64,000 bases of DNA from Moniliella sp. 'wahieum' (Eukaryota), in contig RSEE01000065.1 of assembly GCA_003971905.1 (NCBI GenBank), forward strand, positions 1 to 64,000, in the 5' to 3' direction. Below are positions 9,839 through 22,273 of this stretch, piece after piece; positions within the stretch are counted from its first letter, which is position 1; each line of letters opens with the position of its first letter. A program made the position numbers and the translations under genes. The notes under the pieces were generated by a model that saw only the letters and a program-made list of their open reading frames with translations, was not told where the DNA came from and did no database searches.

Positions 9839-11660
9839 TTATGTATCGGTGGGCGAGCTGGACATATCGTCGTCCGAATCGAGCAAATAATCCTCCGGCA
9901 CGTACGACGGTTGTTCCTCTTGGATGGGCATCAATGCTTCGAGACGAGCCTTTTCGGCTGCCCGCTCTTGCCGCGTCTGTTCCAGCTCATGCAGCCAGAC
10001 AAGAAGCACGTCCTCTCCTCCGCGAAGAGACCGGATCAACTCCTTCAGTCCCTCGGCCTCGGACGAAAGCTGGGTTTCGCGGCGCTTCAGATAATGGATG
10101 TACTCAGTCGCCTTACCCAAGATCGTGGCCTTATTCAGTCTGGTCGCGGCACTGACCCCATCGACGAGTTCCTCAGGCGCCCTGGTTTCCTCGGTTTGCG
10201 AGGAAGGAGAGAAGATGAGCCGCCATTGTTCTGGGCGTCAGGTTACTGAGTGCGGGCACGGCTGCGCGTAGCGTCGCGAAACGTTCGTTGATGTTGTCAC
10301 GGTAGCGTCGTTCGATCGCATTGTGGGAAACTTTGTCATCTGAAGAGTCCAAAGTTTTCCTCCGTGGGCGCCGGCGGGCCTTATCGGGGCTAGGAGCGCG
10401 GGCTTGTGTCTGAAGAAGAAAGTCTGGTGGCAGACTCGCTTGGCGGACCAATCGATCCTGCTGCCGCTTCTGGAGTTGGACCATGACAGAGGGTATACTA
10501 TCGAACGCTGGAGATGGAAGGAAAAGCGGCATAGTGTTAGTGTTAACTTATCAGTACCAAGTGTCAAACCCTCGAAGGTTCCTCCCATCCATCAGCAATC
10601 ATTTCATGCAGGATGGATGGGGAGATACCAGCCAACGTCTGCATGTGGGCGATGGGACAAAAAGAGGGACATACCTTCAGCGGAAGGATGTTCCATTCAT
10701 CCACGTCCGCGACCTTTGCTTGCTCTTTGGCGTGGAGATTGAGCTTGTGCGCCAGCGAGGTCTCTGACTTGATCCGCTGACCCGGATGCTCCAGGGGAGT
10801 AGTACTGCCGGACTTGGTCATGCGATGCTTGAGAGCCAAGTCCTTGGGCGTACCATCAATCGTCACTGCTGTAGCCCGACCGCGACGGATGGGTCCAGGT
10901 CCGGAGGGCTTCGCTCTGCTGTAGAAGCATCACGTGTTGGGCCGCGCGACGAGGCGCCCCATCGAGCCAAGCAGGGGGAGAGACCAATGTGGTGCTTTGG
11001 AGGGCTGGCTGAGGGATGCCAGGCAGGAAAGATGGCGTGGATTGCATCGCACCGGGAGTTGGCAAGGGGGCACCAGGGGTGGAAAATCCACTGCCTGGCG
11101 CCGAGTTGACAAAGGGTGAATTCGGTTGGCCCATGGGTTGGGACTGGGGCCGAGACTGCTGGAACGAGTTGATCTGAGCTACGTTGACCGAACCCGAGGG
11201 CGAAGGCGTGTTCATCCCCGGAATGAAGGGGGCATAGGGCAGGGGGTTCTGTTGAGCAAGCGGCTGGGAAGTGGACATGCTCGACGTCTGAGGTGGCTGC
11301 CATATTTGGGGCGCTGCCTGCGGCTGCTGGCCCCCAGAAAAAGAGAATGGGTCGAAGGAGGTGACTTGCTGGGGTCCTTGGATCCCGTTGGACGCAAACT
11401 GCTGGTTGCTGCCAAAGGAAGTAAGGAGGGAGTTGACGTCCAGTCCCATCTGCGGATACTGGGGTTCTTGAACCAGTTGGGGAACTTGTTGCTGTTGCTG
11501 TTGCTGTTGCGGTTTGCTGCTGCGGCTGCTGCGGCTGCGGCTGCGGCTGTTGCTGCTGCTGCTGGGTGTCGGCCTGAGGCGGGGGGGGGGTACTGCCGGC
11601 GAGGACAACACTTTGAAGATACAAGGCCAGACTGGCGTCAAGAGGGGACTGAGAGCCCAT
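9839..11660 (-). CDS. SREBP-type bHLH transcription factor with a Gln/Pro-rich N-terminus
   Basis: KVSHNAIERRYRDNINERFATLRAAVP (Tyr signature of the SREBP family), then LNKATILGKATEYIHYLKRRE helix 2 plus zipper. Split by introns and frameshifts. Confidence 0.85.
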
Positions 11661-13361
11661 GGCCCAGGCGGGTGGGTGGAGGTGGGTCGGAGGAGCCCTG
11701 GGATGCCATGGCCGCAATCAACGAAGAGGACGGGGCGCGGAAGAGGTGGAAGAAGAGGTGGTGGTGGTGAGGTGCACACCAGGAACCGAGGTGGGTTGCT
11801 GCTGCTGCGGGCGCCGGCTCCGGTCGGTGGTGTCGTGGGTGCAGGTTGTGGGCCTGGCCGCGGGAATACTCTCTCGATCATCGGCCTGCCGCCTGCGCCT
11901 GGGCGCTGGACACCGTGACGGGTGACAGGCGACCGATGACAGCGACGGGTGAGGCTGCCGAGAGGCTGGCATTTGGGCGAGCGTTTTTTGGCTCGACGGG
12001 GGCCGAGGCAGAAGCCGATGCTTGAAGGCTTTGCGTGTGGCTTGAGATGGGGCTTTGGGTTTGGGTTTCGGCAGTGGTCCACTGTGGGTGCGGGAGTATG
12101 TCTACGCACGCTGTCCCCCTGCTGTGTCTCTTTTCGACCGCCGCCGTATTCGCCGCGGTTCGGTTTTCAGGCGCTGGGGCGCTCCCATATATCGTCCTCT
12201 AGTCCCCGATGGTCCTCTGGTCCTAGGGCCTCCCAGGGCCTCCCAGGGCTTGCCACAGGGCTTGCTCTGTCTGGCGCTACGGCGCCCACGTGCAAAGCGT
12301 AGGGCATTGCAGAACCCGTAACGCAATGCTACGTACAGCGCTAAGCTCGGGCTGCTGATGCACTCAACTCAGACTGAGTACTCAGGCTGAATAGCGATGC
12401 TCGACTCAGTACACGTGAACTTACATGTCACCGGCATGTCACCGTGCTCAATCGCGCTCATCCCCAAACGAGCACGTTGAGCTGAGCCTCAGCGCTCGCC
12501 TTGCTGGCTCCGCGGCTCCGATCTCAAGGTGACGCGGTGGTGATGTCACCTGTTAACGTTTCACGTTGAATGTTTAGCCATGCGAACGCGTAAAGTGTCC
12601 AAGTCCCGCGGCCCCCGACCACGCCCACCGGCCTCCGGCTTCCCCGCGTTTCCCCAGGCCCCCCGCGTCTCCCCAGGCCCCCGCCTCCTCCAAGCGTGGC
12701 CGAGAAGGGCCGAGATCCCTGGTTCTCAACAGCGTGGCAGCGCCTCAGCGCTGCGCCTGAGAGCTAACCAGTAACCCCGAGACCTCAGCCTGAGGCCGGA
12801 GTACCTGCGTACCTGAGTATGAGTCCTAGTCTCTGAGATTCCGAGAGCTAGGATGGTCGATGACTAAGTACTCAGCCTGAGTTATGAGTGTACTGAACTG
12901 ATGTCGATAATTTCGGGCATGTGCGCACGACGACAGCATGGTGGGACGCGCGCACGTCAATGTGGTCAATGCGCTGGGCTCTCCGCTCTCCCGCCAACTA
13001 TTACGCGAGCTAGAAAAAAACCTTCGAGCTGAATTGGCCATCTAATCTTCTTCCGGGACGTGCGACGGATGCTATAGGGGGACCATCCAGCCCAAGAGAC
13101 TGATAGCCCCGAGCTACAGTGCAGAACTGTCATCCGGCTGTTCCGGGTAGCATACTAGTGCACCATAGGTAGTCGATCTATTCTTTTCACACACGCCACT
13201 TTCGGGGGATTTGGCCCCTCATGCACAAAACGCCTCTCGAGCACCGCCAAGTAGGGACAGAACCACACATATGAACCCCATTTCCGGACCACCGAATTGA
13301 TGGTGCATTGCGGGTCAGTACCACGCTGTGGACTGGGGTTCATTCATTGCCATTGCCTGCT

Positions 13362-16300
13362 TCACCACTTGCGCTTAGCCGCCGCCTTTTTCTTCGGTCG
13401 CCGTTCGTCCTCCGAGTCGTCTCCATGTTCTCGACGGTGTCGGTCGTCGGCTTTGGCCGCCTTGCGTTCCAAGGCATCCCAGTCCTCGCCTTCGTCCGAC
13501 TCGTCGTCAAAGGACGCTGAGCCCGAATCATCCGATGCGTCTTCATCAAAGTCCGACTCGGATCCAGCGGTGGACTCGTCGTCCGATCCCATGTCCCCGC
13601 CCATTGCTTCCGAAAAGTCCGACTCTTGCTCCGACTCGGAGGAGGCGTCTTCGTCGTCCGAGCTGCCCTGCAAGAACCCCCAGCCACCGACACGGAAGAA
13701 TTCCGCCGGATCGTCCTGTACCGTCTTCATGATCGCGGTCCAGTTGAGGTTGACCTGTCCGACCGAGATGGGGATGTCGACGGAATCGAGCCACTCCTTG
13801 ATGCTGTCCAGCTGTTGGCTGGGGATCGAGTTGAGGTGAACCACAGGCTTGGAGTAGTCCTTCATTACAAACACCAAATCAAAGTTCTTCAGACCATACT
13901 GCACGCGTTCCAGGTGAGCAATCTCCACCTCGGCCAAGGTAAGGACAAAAAAGGGGGGTTCAGAAAGATGGACCAGGGCGTCCATAGTCGGCGCAACCAA
14001 CACCGAGCTGCGGAAGGGAACCGCATTGAACGCTAGCTCGCGGAACGGAATGTCCATCTCCAGCCGTCCGCGGCTGGCATCAGCAATCTTTTGGGTAAAC
14101 GCCTTGAACTCCTTGTTAAGTTGGTGACGGTGCCTCCGTTCCTCGTTTTCCAGCTCAATCTCATCGTCGTCACCGGTGCGCTTGCGTTTTCGGTTCCCGG
14201 TCTCGTCAAACTGCACATCGCTCGCCTCTCGGAAGAACTGAATATCGCGGGCCTCTTCTTACCGACCATGATGGGATGCTTCAAGTGCACATGCACCAGC
14301 ACAATCAGCTCATGGTCGGTCGGTTGGCTGGAAGAAGAGGTGCTTGATGTTGCTAAACAGCAAATCCACCTTCTGGTGGAGCGGCGAGGTAAACCGGAGG
14401 CCGTTTTGGTGGATCTCCAGGTCCCCGGGTACCCGTTTGCCCTCCAATGCTGGGCGTGGGAACACCTCGCGAAGCACTGGTGGGCGCTGTTTGTTGAGAA
14501 TCAGTTTCTCCTGCTCCACCACGTCGGCCAACTCCTTCTTTTCCGCCTCACGCTTGGTCGCTGCCTTCTTAAATTCGGTGATCTCCTTGTAAAGCTCAGC
14601 GAAATGATACGCATCTTGGCTGCGGAAAGTCATGTTGCGAACAAACGTCGCATCTGGGTCTTCAAACGGCTGGTCCTCCTTCTTGCCCAAGATCTGTCCC
14701 GGGGAGATAAAGTTGAAGCGGAGGTAAGTCCACTCTCCCTCGTCAGATTTGGACAGGTTCTTGAGGGTATGGATATGGAACGGCACGGCAAAGCCATAGA
14801 TGGGGATGATGATGGACGAGGCGCGCTGGTCGAGGAAGATCTTCAGGTCCTTAGCCCGCGAAGGAACCACGTGGTCCCCCTTGTAGCTCTCAAACCGCTT
14901 CCACACCTGACCTCTCGACTTGCTCTCCCCCCCATCGTCGTTGTCAAAGCGAGCGAGGCCCTCCTCTTGCTTCTGCCGAGCGAGCTCCTTCTGGTGCTCC
15001 TTGATGCGATTGTCCACACTTTCCTCTTGGTTGGTGGTGCGGTTGGAACTGCGTAGGCGTCGCCCGCCAAACGACTCGAGAAGCGCATCATCCGCCTTGG
15101 CTTTCGGTTTGGGCTTGGGTTTCTCCTCCTCGCTCTTTTCTTGGAAGAAGGAAAGGTCCGAGGTGGACTTGACCGCCGTTGTCAGGAAAGACGCAGGTGC
15201 ATTTGCATTGACCCTCACAGTGTCGATGAGGAGAAGAGCGTAGGTCTTGCCCGGGTGGTTGGGGTCGGGGATGTTCTCCACCCCAAGGCTGACATCAAAA
15301 ATCATGTCCTTCTTGATTTTCCGCTCGTTGCGTGGTGAAAGGGAAAGGCAGAGTCGCGGAATTCCAGGCCAGTGGCAAACCCAATCGACTTTGTCAGGTA
15401 GGAAGCAAGGTCGGGGTCCTTGGACTGAAGAAATTCGACTGCCTGGTTGTAAACCTGTTTGCCCGTCACGCCCTCGCGAAGGAAGTCCGAAGCGACCTTT
15501 TGTTGCGTCTCGAGGAGGAGCGAATAGGCAGCTGATTGCTTCTCGTGAGGGTCAACCAGATAGGTACGCCCCACATTGGAGCAATAGGAGCGGTAGCGAA
15601 TTCCCACCTCGGCAATGATCACACTGCCCCCTCCGTCGGCACCCTCGAGACGTTTGTTGTTGCTCTGGGCCGAGCTACGCAGGTCGTACTCGCCGCCACT
15701 CATGATGATGGGGGTGTAGCACAAGTCAGCATAAGACGGGTCCAGATCAGGCAAGACAGCCTTCTGCTTGCGCCAAAAGCTATTGTCGTCCAGCTTGTTC
15801 TCAATATTGATAGCCAACTTTTCGTGGGAGACCTTGCGTCCATCATCAAGAACGTTGGACATCTCATCCACCAAGTAGTCCTTGAGCAGTGCTGTCGACA
15901 TCTTGGCCGCAATACGGGTGAACTTGATTTCCTCCTCGTCTTTGGCGGCCCAGATGGCGCTGAAGGCAGGACCAACATCGAGGGATACCCACTTGTTGGT
16001 ATCAATTGCCTTGCCCCAGACTGAGCCCCACTCTTCGGCAAACTTGCCTACCACTTTGTCCTTGGAAAAGATCCCCACCTGGCCCGAAGTGGCATCCTTG
16101 ACCTGAGCAAAGAGGGCATCCCAGCCTGCCTTGTTCACTGCTTCGTCCTTACTCCGCTTGATAATCTCGACGGCAACACCCTCCTGGTTCTTGGCCAGCG
16201 GCTCGAGAAGTTGAGCTGTGCGAATGTCAGAGTCAGCCTTGAACAGGTCGCAAGAGGGGGTTAGAGAGGGGGCTTACCCTTGGCAGATGAAGTGACAAAT

Positions 16301-16690
16301 GTAACCTTCTGTTTGGTGAGGAGGATGACGGTCGAAGGAAACTCGTATCCCAGGAGCCAAACCTGCAATGGCGCAAGGGAGAAAGGGGGGTCATCAGGGC
16401 ATGCTCATGGTAAGGAGAGGAGAGGAGGACATACGTGGAGAGCCACCGTCTTGCTGTACGGCATATCGTCATTCTGGGCGCCCATGGGCACTACCACTGC
16501 ACCTGTCTCGGATAGCGGCTGGAGGGCAGGATCCTTGCTGGGCGCCTGTGGCGAGACAAGGCGGGGAGGGTCAGCAACAAGACGGAACGCGAGGACGGGG
16601 GCGGGGAGGAAGACGCACCGCCCATGCAGCCTGGATGGCGGCCGCGCGTCGGCCAAACGCGGCAACGTCAATTGTGACCTTGTCCGACAT
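13362..16690 (-). CDS. SPT16: FACT complex subunit Spt16
   Basis: Aminopeptidase-like N domain ([26 protein letters not shown]), [37 protein letters not shown], and an acidic C-terminus ([16 protein letters not shown]). Three 5' introns and internal frameshifts. Confidence 0.96.
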
Positions 16691-17169
16691 GGCGTGGCCT
16701 GTTGACGGGGGCGGGTGGCAAGGGAGAGGAGGTGGTGGCAGAAAGGAGCAGAGCCGTCGCCGCCCAAGGCTGCGTCCCCCCGATGGGGCCAGACTGGATT
16801 CGCAGCCAAACCCTAGCGGTGCTCACCCACGAAAAAGAACACGCGACGCGAATGTTATGTAACGCCCTCTCAAGCACGCACCCGCCGTGCCCCACAGTCC
16901 GAGCGCAGGAACGGCTATTACAATCGCCAATTAATACTCGTCACCTCCAAAATGTGCAAATGGAAATCATTCCGGGGCCGAGTCAGACGCGAAGAGCCAT
17001 CTGATGCAGGGCGTACAGCATGCAGCATGGGCCACACCACACCACACCGTCCCATGCCACACCAAACCAAACCAAAGAGAGGAGAGTAAGGACAGGGAAA
17101 AAGAGGGTTAAGAAAGCATGCGTCTCAAAATATATTAGGGAGAACGTTCATTGCCTGGTAACCTTTCGG

Positions 17170-18533
17170 TCAGTACATTGTTTCCTTCCCTCCCGCCCGC
17201 ATAGGTTTACACGTATGGGGAGACCCGGAAAGGCAAGGGATGTACGTAGTATGAAGGGTGAAGGGACAAGCGACGTCCGTCAAGGTGGTGCCAGAACCCT
17301 TGGTACCAATCATGCCCATCACCTTGAACTGCAAGCTGAACACAAGCTTGAGCACTTGACATGGGTTAGCTGAGATGCAGCCCACATAATAAACAAAGTG
17401 CAAAGCACGTACCTGGGCGAGAAGCTCCTGGCCACTTGGGACCATAGCCATGATAAAAGTCCAGGAAGGTCTGGTCCCCAGTCAAGTTGATCAACTTGTA
17501 AACAAAGTCGTTTGGGAATTGGAACTCCTTTTCTTCTTCTGCCCAGCAACGTGGAGGGAACCGATATGCCCCTCCCCAACCAAATTATTTGTGCTTTGGT
17601 CGCGCACCGGTCCATGTCGGTGATCTTTTGATCGGAACTTAGGATGCCTTGTTGTTAGCACGCATGTTGGCCATCATGGTCATGCTAAAATTGAGAGGAT
17701 TGTGCCCAACGCTCATCGAGCCAGCATCGGGATACTCACCGAGCGGATGAACAGTTCGGAAATCAAAGCTGGGCACACGAGTGATGACAAAGTAGAGCAT
17801 CAAGCCAAGGGCAATGCACACAAAAAAAAGGCGAGGAACGTAGTGGCCCTGCAATCCATCCCTAATACCTTGATGTCCCCCCGGCCCCACGCCACAAAGG
17901 AGGCTTTCTTGGCCTTGCGTTTTTGACGGCGACGATGAGGCGCAGTCATTCGTTTGCGCTCCTCATCTGTGTATTCGGCCCCGAGGGCGGGGACAGTAAT
18001 CATCTCGATGCCATGTGGCCAGCGAGCTCCAATTGCATTTCGGGATTGGATTGGATGATCGCATTCCTCTCTTTGGCAAAGGAGGCAGCGGCACGCTGCT
18101 GCTCGTCCCATGCGCGGGGATCTCTGTTTTGGGCATCAAACCAAATGCGTTGGACAGAAGTGCCTGCTTGGGACGTACACCCACCGCCAGAGGAACCAAC
18201 TCATCGTCCCCCCATGACTCGGTCGAATATAGCGCATGCCCCTCGTATCGAGGTCGACATTGGGATCGGTAAGGCCGGCGGCAACAAGACCCCTGGCGAG
18301 AGGTCGTACATTATTGAAGTCATCATAGACGTTCCAATCCTCGTCTCGCTCTCCTCGTCAGTCTTGTCCGCTCCCCACAACCCGCTGGCTCGTTGGAAAG
18401 TGGAAGTGGACCCCAACGCACTCGCATTATAGGGTGTATAGGGTTGGTGAAGGAAGGAGGTCGCCTCCCGCAGCGAAGGATCGTCTGTGTAAGGTTCGAG
18501 GGCCGTTACAGGACGCGAAATGGACGAGTCCAT
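17170..18533 (-). CDS. Hypothetical single-pass membrane protein (possibly LEA_2-like luminal domain)
   Basis: Chained minus-strand ORFs: ITVPALGAEY..E motif, basic stretch, a TM segment ending LMLYFVITRVPSFDF, then a beta-rich domain with a terminal Cys (VACPFTL). Confidence 0.6.
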
Positions 18534-19559
18534 GGGCGCAGATGAGTCGGGCAATAACAGCGCCACTGTGGCGGTATGAGTAAGATGGAGTTGGAGCTTT
18601 TCCCTTCGGCCACGTTCGCATGTTGCGCTCAACCCAATGCGAACGATTTTTTGGCGTCGGAGCTCCGCGCGCCACTTTTGTATTTGTGCTCTACAGGTGG
18701 CAACAAGTAGACCCTATAGCATAACACTGTACAGACATCCCGCGAACACGCCCCTCTTTGTCTGCCACGCCATCATGACCGGGAACAGGGCAATACCAAC
18801 CAAATCGTGGAATCTCGTCGCTCCTCTCAGATCTCAGCTCTTCACCTGAGGCCTGAGCCTCAGGGTCGAGCTGTGGGCCCAGAGAGAGGGGCTATTAGAG
18901 AAGGGGGAACGGACGCTGCAGAAGAGTCGAAGCGTACGGTGGCTGAGCTGCACTAGGATAAGTATAAGACTGACTGGCAATTGATTTGTCCCAAGGGATC
19001 ATCTTCTTCCAAGCCTGGATAACTTAATTGATCTCGGCACGCCGAATCTCCCGGCAGCCTGTTCGAAGGTCAGCACAAACTCTTGATTGATCTGGTGCAC
19101 ATATACGGTGCGGTGCTGCTGTCGAAAAAAACACGCGGTGATATAGGCTCCTGAGAATAAGGCCGTTGAAGCGGAAGCGAGAGCATGTCAGTGGCGCACA
19201 GTGGTCATGGTCTCTCGCCGCCATTTCCCGTTGCTCTTGGTGGCGTGGTTCAAAGCATACAGTAGTAGCTGGAGGCTGGAGGGAGGTACGGAGAAGAACG
19301 TGGCAAAAGGTATAGACCCTGCTGCCCCTCCATCAATCGAAAGCCAAAGCCGCACCGTTCAACGTTCAACGGCAACCCCCGATGATCGATGATCATGCAT
19401 CCAAGCGACCGTTGCTGGCCTGGCCGATGTGTTACGTCATCATAATTGCCATAGTCGGCGTCCGCTTGGCATTTCAGCGCAAGCACAGAGCGATGCGATA
19501 CTAGCAACCGGTGTAGCTAGCCTCCTCCCTTCTTCCTCCACCGAAAAGATATACCCGTC

Positions 19560-20404
19560 ATGAGTGGTATGGAGAGTACGTCGAATCCTGATTGCAACTC
19601 GGTGTGCACCTTCTGATCCTTGTCCAGAGTCGCTTTTTCAGCTCAAAGTGGGTTCGGTCCGTGGCACTGAGGCAGTCTCCTTACTGACACTTTCCAGTTC
19701 ACCGCCAAGTCGCTCCAGCGGCAGGCGCGCAAGGCCACCAAGGACGAGGGCAGTGAGAAAACCAAGCTGAAAAAAGTATGTCGCCTCTTGGCTTCTGTCC
19801 TGTTGAAGCTAACACGGTTTACCCTAGGCGCTGGCTCAAGGAAACACAGAGGGTGCGCGGATCTATGCGAGCAATGCGATTCGGAAAAAGAATGAGTCGC
19901 TCAACCTCCTCCGCCTGTCCTCAAGGATCGGACGCTGTGGCCAGCCGAGTTGAGACGGCTGTCACAATGCGTCAGGTAACGGGAAATATGACTGGCGTGG
20001 TCAAGATATGGACCGAGCTATGGAGAGCATGAACCTCGAGCGGGTACGTCCCCGTTTCAACCCTTTCCTTTTCCTTTGTGTATGGGAGCTAACACCTCTC
20101 CAGATCTCGGCGGTAATGGACAAGTTTGAATCACAATTCGAGGATGTGGATGTGCAGGACGACCATTATGGACAAACCATCAGCAACACCATGCCACTGC
20201 CACACCGCAGGACGAGGTAGACACGCTGATATCAACCAAGTTGCCGACGAGAATGGGATTGAACTCGACCAGCGCCTGGCCGAAACGGATATTGCCCCAA
20301 TCCACGCCTCAACCAGGAACTCAAGACACGCCTGTAGCAAGCCTGTTGCGGGCAGATGACGATTGGCGGCGGAACGGCTGCGTGCGCTTCGACCGGCTAC
20401 CTAA
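19560..20404 (+). CDS. DID2: ESCRT-III-associated protein Did2/Vps46 (CHMP1)
   Basis: Spliced reading [27 protein letters not shown]..., [42 protein letters not shown], and C-terminal LAERLRALR. Four short introns. Confidence 0.9.
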
Positions 20405-20446
20405 GATCCAATCATCAATGTCATGTGCATCTGTTCATTTTTCTGC

Positions 20447-21200
20447 TTATACGAGCAACGCGCTCAGTTGGGGGAGCTTGTTTGGAATGGGGTTAGTATG
20501 GCACGAGTGGTAGCAACGAACAGGGACGTACGCCAGGAATGAAGTGCCGTTCCACCCCTTCTCCGAAATGTCAGTCATGCGGATCGTGCCGCCAGAAGAA
20601 CCATCACGAGCCATGGCGAGGGAAAGAGCTGAGGTTTGGTTAGCTGCTGTCCTCAATTCACAAAACGGAGCACATACCATTCTTGACAAACTCGAGCGTC
20701 TCCTGCTTGCTCATCCCAGGCTTCCAGTTGGCATCGCAGTACCCGTAGATGTACGTCGAACCCGAACCGCCAATCGCCCAAGGCTGTTGGAAAAGGCCAC
20801 CGCCCAATGGAACATTGAACACAGATCCACCAAACTTGGGGTCCCATCCAGCAAACAATGGCTGCCAGCTGATAGAGCGTCCTTTTTGATAGACCACTTC
20901 CTGGAAAAGCGACGCGGCCGTCTTGACAGGCGGCTGACCGTGCTCAACCGAGTAAACGCCAAGGTAGTAGGTGATCATGTCAGCTACAGCTTGCGTATCA
21001 GCAGCCGAGCCACTGCGCAGCAGAGTAGATGCGATCCGAGATGTGGGTGAGCTTGTCGGTCACACGGTTGGCAATGTAGGAACCCATGGTGGTGCGACTA
21101 TCGGCACCAAGGACGACACCTCCGTCATAGGCAACGGCCATGATGGACGTGCCGAGGTTGACTTCTCCTCCTTGAGATGTTGGACGTCAATGTCGTTCAT
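20447..21200 (-). CDS. PRE3: 20S proteasome subunit beta-1
   Basis: [70 protein letters not shown]. Confidence 0.93.
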
Positions 21201-21586
21201 CGTTGATGGTAGTGGGAGTGGTGCTGGGGCTGGTGGTGATGGTGAAGAAGCTGTTGGCGCGATTATGTTCGGTTGCTGCAGCCTCTCACTGCCATTTGCT
21301 AGCTAGGGCCGATGTGGCTCTTGTATCGTACGCGGCCTGCGATGATGTAATTCCGCGCAACCTTTCCGCCCACAGGCGGTGGTCGTCACGTGATCGGGTG
21401 TTGAGCTGGCCTGGCCATTGCCTCCAGTGCCTTTCCAATGATCTCCCAGTCCCTCCCGACGTCTCCCCAGCATCTTCAAAGCCCACAGCAGGCATCCATC
21501 CCGCACAACCATCATTACCCCAAAGCGCATCACAATGGAAGAGTGTATCTCAGTTAAAGCTGTGCAAAACGCGCCTGGCCACTTCT

Positions 21587-22273
21587 CTACTGCCTCCCGG
21601 ACCGAACTGGATGGGTAGAGTAGACGGTACGTGGCCCAACCGGTGGCTGCGTCGCAGACGCAGCAGTCGAGTAGAAGCGGCGTCGATGCGGTTCAGCTTC
21701 TTGGCCGTACGGGCGTTGGCGTGAGTACGCTGGCTTAACGGGAACCGAGCGCATGCCGCCGACCACGGACGGTGCCAATGTGTTTGGGTGCAGAATGTTG
21801 GCCCGGTACTCGCGCTTGAGCTCGGCTTCGATCTTCAATTGCCGCCCAGGGTCCAACAGAGATGAGGGACGTTGTGCGGGAAAGCTGCATCTGCTCTTCA
21901 TCAGTCAGGCCCTTACGCCCGGTCGATTCGGCAGCAAAGGAGCCGCAGCCACCGCAGCAGGAAGGGACGCCTGCCCATAGATGGGGGTGGAGGAGAGGAG
22001 GTAGGCCATGTGGTGGAATGGCGGGTACTGATTGCGGCGATGAAAGGTAGGCGCTCAACTCTGTCACCTGAGCCTCAGTTAGCTCGGCGACCTTGGTCTC
22101 CATGTGGATGCCCAGACGGGCGCAGAGGTGGTAGGATGTGCTGTATCCAATGCCAAAAAAGTTGCGCAACGCAAGCTACGCACAAGAGTCAGACGAGAGC
22201 AAGACCGAGGGAGCGGAGTCACACATACACGCACGAGTTTGTGGTCGGGCAGATGGGTACCGAGCACGAACAT
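21587..22273 (-). CDS. SWS2: Mitochondrial ribosomal protein uS13m
   Basis: MFVLGTHLPDHKLVR|..LRNFFGIGYSTSYHLCARLGIH..KVAELTEAQV, and HIGTVRGRRHALG. Confidence 0.85.

Noticed and set aside
21197..21295. His-rich spliced uORF overlapping the PRE3 start
   Set aside because: It needs a 39-nt intron with a weak branch point, CAC-rich leaders are common in this window, and indel errors confound the frame.
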